This document shows, one piece after another, positions 1-11,469 of a DNA stretch of 64,000 nt. The number at the start of each line of letters is the position of its first letter. The first letter of the stretch is position 1. Both the position numbers and the translations under genes were made by a program. The DNA comes from Octopus sinensis. Its lineage: Eukaryota. The stretch spans positions 19,220,001 through 19,284,000 of the forward strand of contig NC_042997.1 in NCBI RefSeq assembly GCF_006345805.1, given 5' to 3'. The notes under the pieces were generated by a model. That model saw only the letters and a list, made by a program, of their open reading frames with translations, had not been told where the DNA came from and searched no databases.

Positions 1-1835
1 CATACAAATGCAAGGCAAGAAATAATGCTCTACAATAAAATAAAAGGAATGTAGCACTGTACACAATTTACAGATTAATCCAAGATCAGTAAACGTGGCA
101 TATTAGAAGTTGGTGAGGTTGTGTATTAAATAGCTTGTATGTGAAAATAGTGTAATCAAAAGTTTCACAAGAGCAATGAAATTTAATTGAAAATAAGGCA
201 CAATGACGGTTGAATGCCTAAATGAGAAAATGACTTGCAGAGCTTTATTCTGTTGCTGAGAATTGCAAGAAAGAAAAACATGATGTGAATAGTATGAGCA
301 AGCAAGCCACCATGGATCAATTTGAATATTGCCATGTACTAGAAAGGGAGCCTCAATATGTTCACTTAAACTACTAGAAATCCAACTCAAAACATACATA
401 TTTGTCCTAGGAATGGCAGAATGAGATAATGTAGTTCTAGATGTATCATATCTGAAAACTGAAGGATGAGGTGGTCATGGTGTAAATGCCTGCAACTGCA
501 GGTCTGCTTGCATTTGGTTGAATTAAGATTAATTATTAACAATAGTATTTCATCTTTGTATGAGATAACCATAGAAACTTATTCTTTATCAATTTTCTGT
601 ATTTCTCTCATGTTTTACCCACAATATAAATTACGTTACTGAGTGCAGAACCCTCTGAACAGAATTACAGTTATTTGAAGTTTTGAAACTAATTAAATAT
701 ATACACTATCATAGTTCTATCTCTTATAATTTTACATGAAACTTTCCCATGGTACTTATTTATCACCATGTTGACTAATCTACTGAGAGATAAGTCTAAT
801 TGCTCAGAAAATTGTAGTGCAGAGAACATCAACAGCTGGCTCTTCTGTGAGCAGGCTGACTTGCAGACTAACAGGTTGTAAGTGTCTGACACTTTTCATT
901 GTAATGTTCACAAACTTTTAGAATAGATATAAATACCCAAAACAGCAATAGGCCAAGATAAGTGCAGGGGATTGAGTTTATGTGTATATCCTCATATACT
1001 TGTTTTCTTGTGTGATACAGTACACAATATGTTCCATAACTCATGACCCATTTCTTTTGCTATTGACCTGTTTTTCACTAATCTTTTCTCTAGCAGATGC
1101 TTCTTCACATATGCTGAAATATGGAAGGCAGCTATCTTATTGTCAATAGTTTTAGACATTTCCTTCATTCTCCCCACTAAACTAATATACACCACCTACG
1201 CGGCCATGACTTGTGTTCCTCAAGCACGGCATCCATCTCGATTCTCATCATACTAGCGATACCCAACTATGAGGACATATTAATTTATATGAAAACAAGT
1301 GATGGTTGGTGACAGGGAGGACATCCGACAGTGGAAAATTTATTTCAATAAATTCCATCCAACTGAAGAAAGGATGGTAAAACGGACCTTAAAATGATTA
1401 TATATATATATATACATATGTGTGTGAATGTGTGTGTGTGTGTGTATCATCAGTTAAAATCCAGAAGTGAGAAGTAAAACGTATTTTGTTTTGTATGATT
1501 ACAGCTGTTTCATAATCAACGTTCATTTACATCATTGATGTTGATTTTAAATCGCTTACCAATTGTATATACATCACATTCACCTTATACACTTTTGTGC
1601 ATCAGCATCGATGTATGTTGATTATGAAACAGCTATAAAAATACAGAATAAAATATTGCTTATTTTTCAATTGATTAGTATTATACAATTGTGTTTCCTG
1701 AATCTTTTCATGCAGGATAGAGTTAAATTGCACCCTAAACTTAATTATTTTGTTACCTGATAGCTGGACTCTCTGCAAAGCGCTTATAATGAGTTCAACT
1801 CGAGTCTTTGAACTGTTCTTTCTATTGGTCTCTCT

Positions 1836-1874
<39 letters not shown>

Positions 1875-2048
1875 ATAAATATTAGGGAATAAATCCAAAT
1901 TTACAGGGAAAAAATCAGATTTAGGATTAAATCCAATTTTATAGTAAAATATTATAAAATATTATTAGAGACAAAACACTATTTTGCAAAACAAACAAGG
2001 AAAGACTTAATCAATACATAAAATTTTTATAAATAGTCAAAAAAACCG

Positions 2049-2091
2049 CCACTACAATCGTTTCTTGTCTTGATCGACAATCTTCAGGTGG
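2049..2091 (-). ncRNA. Minimal type-I hammerhead ribozyme motif with canonical core
   Basis: Minus strand reads CCAC-CTGAAGA-TTGTC gatcaa GACAA-GAAA-C gatt GT-A-GTGG. Stem I is CCAC/GTGG, stem II is TTGTC/GACAA, stem III is short and near-palindromic (ACGATTGT), and the cleavage triplet is GUA. Confidence 0.8.
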
Positions 2092-2124
2092 ACTTCCAAA
2101 ATTCAGTTACAAATTATTGGAAGT

Positions 2125-2166
2125 CCACTGAAGATTGTCGATCAAGACAAGAAACGATTGTAGTGG
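2125..2166 (+). ncRNA. Second hammerhead copy (mirror arm) lacking one C in stem I
   Basis: CCA-CTGAAGA-TTGTC gatcaa GACAA-GAAACGATTGTA-GTGG. The core is intact but stem I register is shifted by a 1 nt deletion relative to the minus-strand copy. Confidence 0.65.
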
Positions 2167-2251
2167 CGGTTTTTTTGACTATTTATTAAAATTATGTATT
2201 GATTAAGTCTTTCCTTGTTTGTTTTGCAAAATAGTGGTTTTGTCTCTAATA

Positions 2252-2291
<40 letters not shown>

Positions 2292-2644
2292 GTGGGATTG
2301 ATGGATGGAAACATGTGGATGTCAGTTTGAAAATGTGCTTAAAATGAATACTGTTTTTACTGAAAATTTCTGCTAGGTTTAAGGAAAAATACACCAACCT
2401 CTCACAATGTTTCAAAGAGAAAATTGTATAAGAGAAGAGAGTATGGAATCTGATTGCAAATCAGCCAAAGTGGTTTAAACTAAGATACTATATCATTCAG
2501 TTTTCAAAATACATCTATCAGTGCATATCCTTCACCAACCTTCATCACAATAGCCATTGTAGCTTTCAGTTCAGATAGAAATCTAATTTTACCTCAAACA
2601 CCCTCCACCTATAAGCAAAAAAGAACAAAAAATACTTGACAAAA

Positions 2645-2680
2645 TACACAACCAAACACACACACACACACACACATATA

Positions 2681-2724
<44 letters not shown>

Positions 2725-2965
2725 TTCACGTAAACAGTCTGTAGTCATAGACACAAAAAGCACTCATACATGCACACACACACTCACACATACCTATATA
2801 ATCAAACAAAAGCCATGTAAATGGAAGAAAAAACAATTAAATCACTCTGAGAAATAAGACAGAGAAAACAATTTAAGCAATATAACATCTGTACACTTGT
2901 TTTCTTCTTGCTTTTTATTTCCCATGTTGGTACATACATATATATATATATGTATGCATGTATGC

Positions 2966-3005
<40 letters not shown>

Positions 3006-3050
3006 AGTATGTATATATATATATATATATATACATACATACATACATAC

Positions 3051-3083
<33 letters not shown>

Positions 3084-3985
3084 GATGTGTGTAAGTATAT
3101 ATCTATATGCATGAATATGTTTATGTATTCGTGCACTTTTGCCGAGGTGTGTAATTATAACTTTACATATATGTACCTGCAGACTTTTAAGAGTATGTGT
3201 GTCTATGATGTCAGCATGCATGTAGGTGTTTGTCAAGTAATGGCTTCTGTGTGGTTGCACATAATTTCAGGACCAGTATCTTTCTCTGCCTTTCTTTTGT
3301 ATCTATTTTTATTTTATTTTATTTTATTTTATTTTATTTTTAACCAATCGTTTCTTCAAAGTTTATTCTCCAATTTCACATTTCTCCCTCATCGTTTTTT
3401 TTTTTTTCCTTCCATTTACTTTTTCCTTCATTTTCCAATCGGTGAACTGCTGTGTTTTTATATTTCCTTCTCTTTCCCTAAATTCATATATATATATATA
3501 TATATATATATAGATATATACATATATACATACATACATATCTATATAGATATATACATACATACATATATATAGATATATTCATACATACATACATACA
3601 TATAGATATATACATACATACATACATATAGATATATACATACATGCATACATACATATAGATATATACATACATGCATACATACATATAGATATATACA
3701 TACATACATACATATATATATATATATACACACACACACATATATATATATACACACGCACACACACACACATATATATATATACACAAACACACACACA
3801 TATATATTTACACGCACACACACACACATATATATATATATACACACAACACACACACATATATATATATATACACAAACACACACACATATATATTTAC
3901 ACGCACACACACACACATATATATATATATGGCATGTATGTATAATGAGTGTATGTGTGTGTGTATGTATGTATACACACATAAT
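2645..3985. repeat. Compound (CA)n/(TA)n/(TACA)n microsatellites and minisatellites, with a non-repeat gap at ~3100-3480
   Basis: Read directly; includes a ~20 bp TACATACATATAGATATATA unit at ~3540-3710. Confidence 0.95.
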
Positions 3986-4464
3986 GGTCTTCTGTGTAGT
4001 AAGAGTGTCATTTGTCTCCAGTAGCTATTACATGGAGCCAGCTAGTGGCATGGCAAGGGGAGCCATTACAAAATGCAGCTAAATCTTGGAGAAGGCTCGG
4101 CTCTAGCATATGAAATGGGAATATAAATTGAGCATAGAAGTGTAAAAGAAATAAAGAAAGAAACAACATAAGCAACATCATGTAAGACGGAAGGAAAGCT
4201 TCTGTGTATTAAAATGAAGAGAAATGAAACTAAAGTATAAAAATAAAAATAAAAAAAATCTACAAAAGAATAAAGAAGAAAAAATTACAAAATGGAATGT
4301 CCCACAATATGGACACTATGGATGCGGGGGTGGGGATACAGAAGTGAAGAATGGGGGAAAAAAAGAAAATAGAAAAAAGGACCATAAAATCCAAGAAACA
4401 AGAAAAGAGAAATATAAAATGTGCTCAAGATTTAGAATAAAAAAATAATCAAATAGAACGAGGC

Positions 4465-6090
4465 ATATGACTTGAGGTAGTAGTAGTAGCAGCAGCAGCA
4501 GCAACAGCATTTGTAGTGTTTGTTGTTGTTGTTGATGTTGTTGTTGGTGTTGGTGGTGATGGTGGTGGTGGTGTAGGCAGTGTAGGCTATGATTGTGGAG
4601 GTGATGATGGTGGTGGTGCTGCTGATGGTGGTGGTGCTGTTGATGGCGGTGGTGGTGCTGATGGTGGTGACAGTGCTGATGGTGGTGGGGGTGCTGATGG
4701 TGGTGGCAGTGCTGATGGTGGTGGTGGTGGTGATGATGGTGGTTGTGCTGCTGATGGTGGTGGTGGTGGTGCTGATGGTGGTGGTGCTGTTGATGGTGGT
4801 GGTGTTGCTGATGGTGGTGGTGGTGCTGATGGTGGTGGTGTGCTGATGGTGGTGATGGTGCTGATAGTGGTGGTGGTGAAGGCAATTTAGGCTATGATTG
4901 CGGTGATGATGGTTGTTGTTGTTGTTGTTGTGGTGGTGGTGGTGGTGGTGCTGATGTTGTTGCTGTTGTTGGTAGTGGTGGTGGTGTTGGTGGTGGTGAC
5001 TGGTGCAAATAAGTGGGAGAAAACAGAAAATGAATAAATATTTAAAATTGAATTTCCTATCAAGGCAGCCAGTAGCAGTGGTGGAGGTGGTATGAATGAT
5101 GGCAGTGGTGGTGGTTGTAGTGGTTGTAGTTTTACTGATGGTGGTGGCACAGCATTGTTGTTGTTGTTGTTGTTGGTATTGATGATGTTAGTGTTGCACT
5201 GATGGTGGTAGCAGTAGGGGTAGTTGTGATGGTATTGGTAGTGATAATTGTATTGATGATTGCAGGTATAGATGACATTGATGGTATAATTGCATTGATA
5301 ATGACAACAACGATGATGATAATGATGGTGATGGTGATGGTGGTGGTGGTCATCATCATTGATGTCATTGTCATGAGAGAGGAGGTATACATTGATGGTA
5401 GATGAAGGTATGGATAATTTTGGTGATGGTTGTGGTGGTGACATAGGTGGTGGTGGTTCTAATGGCATTGATGCTTGGGGTGGCACAGGTGCGGTTGGTA
5501 GTGTTGATGGTGGTAATGGTATATAGATACTTGTTTATGATGATGGTGGTGATGGTGATGCTAGTGCTGGTTGTGGCTGTGATGGTTTTAGTTATAGTGG
5601 AAGCTACAGCAGGGGTTGTGGTGGTGGTGGTGGTGGTGGTGGTGGTGGTGGTGATGGTGAAAGTACTGATGGCGGAGGTAATGGTATATAGATGGTTGAT
5701 CATGATGGTGATGGTGGTGGAGGCGGGTCTGGTAGTTCTGCTGGTGCTGGTTCTGATGGTGGCGATGGTGATCATGGCACTGGTTGTGATTGTGGTGGTT
5801 CTGTTGATGGAGGTGGTGGAGGTATGGTCAGTGGTAGTTCTGTTGTTGTTGTTGGTGGTGGTGGTGGTGGTGGTGGTGATGATGGTGGTTCTGCTGGTGG
5901 TGGTACTGGTTCTGGAAGAGGTGGTGGTAATAGTGTTGCTGGTTGTGATTGTGGTGATGGTGGTGGTGGTGCCAGCAGTTCTGGTGGTAGTGGTAGTAGT
6001 GGTGGCAGTGCTGAGGGGGGAATGGAGTTCTGGTGGTAGTAGTGGTGGTGCTGGAGGAAGGAGGATGGTGGTAGAAAAAAGCATTAGAAA
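4465..6090. repeat. 1.6 kb G/T-rich trinucleotide array (GGT/GAT/GTT/GCT) with a higher-order GCTGATGGTGGTGGT unit at ~4610-4870
   Basis: Read directly; it produces the Gly-, Val-, His- and Thr-rich pseudo-ORFs in the track. Confidence 0.9.
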
Positions 6091-6585
6091 ACTGTAGCTG
6101 GTCCATCCAGTCTTGTAGAAAGCTAATACTGAATAGCTCAGTGAAGTGTATAAAAGGCAGACAAGAAGAATTGATTCTACCACATCACCTCCAATACAAT
6201 ATGCTAAGAAGATGCTTTACCATTTTCCTTCCTTGATTCTTTTCTTTTCTCTCTCTCTCTCTCTTTTTCCCTATAATATAACATATCAGGATACAAATAT
6301 ACAAACATAAGATATAATATAATGAGTTGAAATATACCTAAAACTATATAAAATACAAGTATATATTTTAATAGCTAGATTTGTTTGTTCATATGTGCAT
6401 GTTAATATTGTTAACAGGGAAAGAAAATATGGGCATTTGTAATGATGAGAATGGGTTTTGTGTAAGTGTATATGCACATGTATGTGTGCATATGTGAGAA
6501 TGTGTCTGCAAGTGAGTGTGCAGATATGTATTATAGTCAAACCTGCACAAACTGATACATATTTATCTATATGTATGAAGTTAGT

Positions 6586-6587
<2 letters not shown>

Positions 6588-6622
<35 letters not shown>

Positions 6623-6629
6623 TTGGTTC

Positions 6630-6664
<35 letters not shown>

Positions 6665-6977
6665 TATATACAGAGAGAGGGGGGTATGTTCTTAGGTGTG
6701 TTCTTGTTATTATATACATTTTCTTCTCATATATATATATATATTATATATATATATATACAGGTGTGTATATGGATGTATGTATTTGTACATATGTATG
6801 TATTATAACAGATTGAGTAATATACATACATATATACATATATTTATATTATGCAGGCATTTATATATGTTTATGTGTGTGTATATATATGTATACTTAT
6901 ATATATGTGTATGTGTGTATTTATGTATACATATTATGCATGCATTGATACATATATATATATATATAATATATATA

Positions 6978-7015
<38 letters not shown>

Positions 7016-7337
7016 TATATATGCAAATATATATCATGCATGCATTTATACATATATATATTTGTGTGTGTGTGTATTAAAAATATGCATATATATATAT
7101 ATATGTATGTCAAGACATATTCATACACACTTATTCGTGTATTATGTATATATTCATTGTAATATATATATATAACATATGTATAGACGTAAAATGCTAA
7201 AAAAAAATAAGATACTTGGTAACAGTATCATAATACATGCATTAAGAAAATATATTTGATGATGATAATATATATATATGTGTGTATGTATGTATGCTAG
7301 CATGGAAAGCGGACGTTAAACGATGATGATGATGATT

Positions 7338-7370
<33 letters not shown>

Positions 7371-7413
7371 GCACGTACATACACACATATATATATGTAT
7401 GTATAACTATCTA

Positions 7414-7449
<36 letters not shown>

Positions 7450-7550
7450 TATATGTTTGTGTGTGTGTGTATATATGTATTTATATACATGTGTATGTAT
7501 ATGCAAACATGTACAAACACTCACACATACATACACACGCACACACACAC
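6588..7550. repeat. (TA)n-rich compound microsatellite region
   Basis: Read directly. Confidence 0.9.
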
Positions 7551-8439
7551 AATTGTTTGTTAAATACAGATCTTTTACATAAATGCACATTCAACTGAGT
7601 TGAACCCAGTATATTACTGATTCGTATTACTTAGATCCAGAGTAATGAAGAAACAAACTCAACTTCAGGCCTTTTAAATTGTGAAGCTGTGGTTGAAGCT
7701 GTATACTGCCATGCAGTTAATCCAATGCTCTACTCTGTTAGCTTTTTGTGACACCCCTAGTTATCAAAATGTCATATATATATATATAGAGAGAGAGTTA
7801 CCTAATGATAGGAATATGGAAATGTAGATATATTTATGGAACCATAAGGAACATACAAATATAACATATCTATTGTGTGCTTTGCAACAATCAGAAATAG
7901 AAGTATGTGCGTATGAATAGCAATGTGCATTGGTTTTTATGTGTTTTTATGCACATCGCATCTTATTTCAGTAACATCTTATGTGTGCACGTGTGTGTGT
8001 GTGTGTAAGTGTGTATGTGTATGTAAGTGTGTGTGTGTGTGTGTATGCGTGTGTGTATGTGTATGCGCGTGTGTGTGTGTGTGTGGTAGTGTCTAGAATG
8101 CACCAAATAGCTCTGAAAAATTCTTTTATACTTTGATATTCTTTATAAATCAATTCATCCACATGTGAAATATACAAACCAGAGATTTAAATCGATGAAG
8201 GAGCATGCACATAGTTACATAACATGCTAGAAAAAGTAACCAAATTTCATTCATATCAGATTCTATTTTTTATTCTTTAAAATGGAAAGACAATACTGAA
8301 TGATATTTATACATATATATTTACAATATTATGTATATAAATATATATATCACAAGTTTAGTGACCTATTACCTTTGTTGATAATAAAAGGCCTCTCCCT
8401 CAGAGTGAAAGGTAGGTTGTATGATGCCTGTGTATGAAC

Positions 8440-9100
8440 ATTTATGCTGCATAGCAATGAGACATGGGCTGCGACTACTGAGGATACGCGAAGGCTTGAA
8501 AGATACAAAGCTGGCATGCTTTGCTGGATGGGTAAAGTCAGTATGCATGTACGAGCAAAACGCCCCCCACCCGTCCAATGGACGGGGCTGAGTTGTCAAA
8601 CATTTAAACCAAATTTTCTCAAAACAACTTGTCCGACCGTTCCATAGGCCTCCCCTTTGAGAAACACTGATTTAACCTAAATTTGAGAAAGCAGCAAGAA
8701 ATAAAGAAGAAATAAAGATAGACTTTTTTTCTATTCCAAAGAAAAATGATTTCCCATAGCTTTATTGATCGCATTCTCACCTGGAATCGATTTTTGTAAT
8801 TTTTTCAAGTATTATACCCACCCTGATACTGTCGGTATCTACAAATCAAATTTGAGTGCATGTGGATGGAGGGTTTCTGAGATCCTAGAAGCCACACACA
8901 CACACACACAGAACGGATTTTATATAAGAGATGACAGAGTGTAAGTGAGGCATCAAATATAGTGTAAGAGAAGACTGTGCTGGTATGGTCATGAGATATG
9001 TATGGATAAGGACATCAAGAAAAGCCAATCTCTAATCGTGGAGAGGACATATTGAAGGAGTAGACCAAGGAAGACATGGGACAATGTGGCGAGAAAGTAT
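8440..9100 (+). mobile_element. RTE-clade LINE ORF 3' fragment, split by a Helitron at 8552-8931
   Basis: MLHSNETWAATTEDTRRLERYKAGMLCWMGKVSMH matches the RTE C-terminal ETW...RRLER...MLRWM pattern. The sequence resumes after the insertion with CTGTGCTGGTATGGTCAT (L.WYGH motif). Confidence 0.8.
8552..8931 (-). mobile_element. Non-autonomous Helitron
   Basis: On the minus strand it starts TC (TCTCTTATATAAAA followed by a GT microsatellite), has a subterminal hairpin CCCGTCC-att-GGACGGG, ends CTCG (CTAG variant) and is inserted between A and T. Confidence 0.8.
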
Positions 9101-9249
9101 TTTCAGACATTATGCAAATGTGTGTGAATGTGTGTTGGTACTTATATGTATTGTGAACACTGTGTTGTCTATATAATCTGCGACTCCCATGTTTGGGAGC
9201 CAAAATAGAAACAGAAAGATGCAAGAACAAACTTTAAAAAATTTTTGAG

Positions 9250-9780
9250 AACTTTGGATTGGAAAATGAAATAGGAAAAAAATCATAGAGTGGTAAATTC
9301 CTAGATGTAAAGCTTAATCTCATCGATGGAAAGTTCAAACCATTCCATAAGCCAAATGAGAACTCAAAATGGGTGAGCCAAGGATCCAACCATTTGGATC
9401 ATATATTGCAAAGCATCCCAAGAAGCATGAGTAATAAAATATCCAGACAATCTGTGAATAAAAGGATATTTGATATGCATGCTGACTATTATAACCCAGC
9501 AATAGCTAGAGCAGGGTATAATAATAAAATTACATATACAGAATAAGACAGAGAAGGCACAATACCCAGAGAGCATTATCAATCACCCACTGGTACATTA
9601 TAAATGCTGCATCATACAATGGAATATCACGGGTGTGCAACTTATGCCTAAAAATCATCAGATCCAGGGAAATCATCACATCCAAGGAAAAGGGGACAAA
9701 TACACACACTGAGGTGATCATATTATGTAAGCATAAATGTAAAACATCGTTTCTGGAATTTGAAAAAAGCATTTTGAAAT
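9250..9780 (+). mobile_element. Penelope-like element ORF fragment: RT C-terminus/thumb joined to the extreme C-terminus of the GIY-YIG region
   Basis: Manual translation gives KFLDVKLNLIDGKFKPFHKPNENSKWVSQGSNHLDHILQSIPRSMSNKIS...AGY, then WYIINAASYNGISRVCNLCLK...ILCKHK. These resemble PLE FLDV...Y.KP...SNHP and CNLCL...CRH motifs. Confidence 0.8.
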
Positions 9781-9900
9781 AGAATAATATCGACTGCCCT
9801 TAGCATATTATAGAACAAGGAAGGAACACAAACAAATAAACAAATAAACCAGTATTTAGAATGCTATGCATTATATCAACAGAAACAATTAAAATGTCAA

Positions 9901-10315
9901 GGCGGCGAGCTGGCAGAAACGTTAGCATGCCGGATGAAATGCTTAGTGGTATTTTGTCTGCCACTACATTCTGAGTTCAAATTCCGCTGAGGTCGACTTT
10001 GCCTTTCATCCTTTTGGGGTCAATTAAATAAGTACCAGTTACGCACTGGAGTCGATATAATCGACTTAATCCATTGGTCTGTCCTTGTTTGTCCTCTCTG
10101 TGTTTAGCCCCCCCAGGTGGTAAAGAAATAGGTATTTCATCTGCCGCTACGTTCTCAGTTCAAATTCTGCCAAAGTTGACTTTGCCTTTCATCCTTTCGG
10201 GGTTGATTAAATAAGTACCAGTTATGCACAGGGGTCGATATAATCGACTTAATCCGTTTGTCTGTCCTTGTTTGTCCTTTCTGTTTGTAGCCCCTTGTGG
10301 GTAGTAAAGAAATAT
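9901..10315 (+). mobile_element. Two tandem tRNA-derived SINE copies, the second 5' truncated
   Basis: Head GGCGGCGAGCTGGCAG, B-box GAGTTCAAATTCC, central GCCTTTCATCCTTTYGGGGT...AAGTACCAG domain (Meta/MESC-like by recollection). Confidence 0.85.
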
Positions 10316-10831
10316 GAAACAATTAAACTGTCACCCAAGGAAAGTATCGTTTATCAATTCAGACAATAAACCTCAAAAGCTGATGGCTGTAGTGGATGTA
10401 CCAGCTGACCTGTTTACTTAAGAATTCATTCAAAATAGCCATACCTCAAATGAGATTGAACATGGGATTGTGCTACCCATGCTTGACATCTGCAGACTGA
10501 ATAGTAAAATAAGTCCAACATGACTACACACACTTCCATCTCTATATAACTATCATTCATTCCTCTCTCCATCACCTTCCCCTCCTTCCCACCAAATACA
10601 CACAGAAATACACACATAACACAATCCCTCTGTTAAACATCCATTAATGTTATATTGCTTGAAGAAATGAATCCATGATGATCAACCTGATGCCCTCAGA
10701 TAATACAGACTACACTGTAATCATGTAGGAATATGGATTGTGATCTTAAGAGACATGTGATTTGTGGAAACATGTGTAGCGATGCATTAGTCGTCGTCGC
10801 CGTCGTCCTCCTCCTCCTCCTCATCATCATC

Positions 10832-10849
<18 letters not shown>

Positions 10850-10864
<15 letters not shown>

Positions 10865-11030
10865 TTCCTATAACTCCATTTACCATGCTGGTACGGCTTC
10901 GATGGTTTGACCAGAGCTGACAGCCAGAGAGTTGCACCAGGATTCTGTCTGATTTTGTCTGGTTTCTGCAGCTGGATGCCCTTCCTACTAACAACCACTT
11001 TGCAGTATGTGCTGGGTGCTTTTAACCTAA
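10850..11030 (-). mobile_element. RTE 3' tail fragment
   Basis: CCATGCTGG...CAGCTGGATGCCCTTCCTA...CCACT matches the other RTE tail copies. Confidence 0.7.
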
Positions 11031-11053
11031 CAGTATATATATATATATATATA

Positions 11054-11293
11054 TAGAAATAACACATTTCTAAATCTCTCAGATAGATTTATGCAGTAGT
11101 GATATGATAAAGTAGTTGTATATTGTCAACTTAATGTGACAGTTCCATGAAGGGAATTATATGTCAGCCTTGACACATTCCCTATGTACTTATGTTTCAT
11201 AAGACTGTCACATTAAATTGACAGTATACAACTACTTTATGGTATCACTACTGCTCAAATCTCACTGAGAGATTTAGAAATGTATTATTTCTA
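11054..11293. repeat. Foldback element with ~95 bp imperfect inverted arms next to (TA)n
   Basis: TAGAAATAACACATTTCTAAATCTCTCAG...GTGACAG pairs with CTGTCAC...CTGAGAGATTTAGAAATGTATTATTTCTA. Confidence 0.8.
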
Positions 11294-11384
11294 TTTTTGA
11301 ACTCAGTGAATGTATTTCACTAGAATAATTATATGTTTACAAGGGCAAGATAGGCATCTCCAACTAGTAAGCCATGTTACTCCA

Positions 11385-11415
11385 CTGATGATGAGCAAAA
11401 ACTCAGAAACTAGTC
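11385..11415 (+). ncRNA. Minimal hammerhead ribozyme motif with canonical core inside a longer hairpin (11340-11460)
   Basis: CTGATGA-TGAG caaaaa CTCA-GAAA-CTAGT-C. Stem III is the palindrome ACTAGT and the triplet is GUC. Proximal stem I is degenerate; distal TAAGCCA/TGGCTTA pairs. Confidence 0.65.
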
Positions 11416-11469
11416 TCTGAATGCTGGCTTAGCTGGGTGAAGGTGCCTGTCTCCACCTTGTAATTGATC

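Larger units (their letters stand above)
1837..2286. mobile_element. Foldback element with ~145 bp inverted arms (1954-2099 / 2117-2260) embedded in (TA)n, carrying two hammerhead motifs; probably PLE-related and non-autonomous
   Basis: The right arm is the near-exact reverse complement of the left arm, with a 17 nt spacer and (TA)n on both sides. Confidence 0.85.

Noticed and set aside
4473-4483. let-7-like TGAGGTAGTAG (also TGAGGTAGTTTA at 20809-20820)
   Set aside because: The match runs into a (TAG)n microsatellite or ends after the seed, and there is no pre-miRNA hairpin with a star arm.
4316-6183. His/Gln-, Gly-, Val- and Thr-rich ORFs of 85-270 aa
   Set aside because: They overlap in several frames on both strands of one trinucleotide array, with no non-repetitive domain or convincing splice structure.
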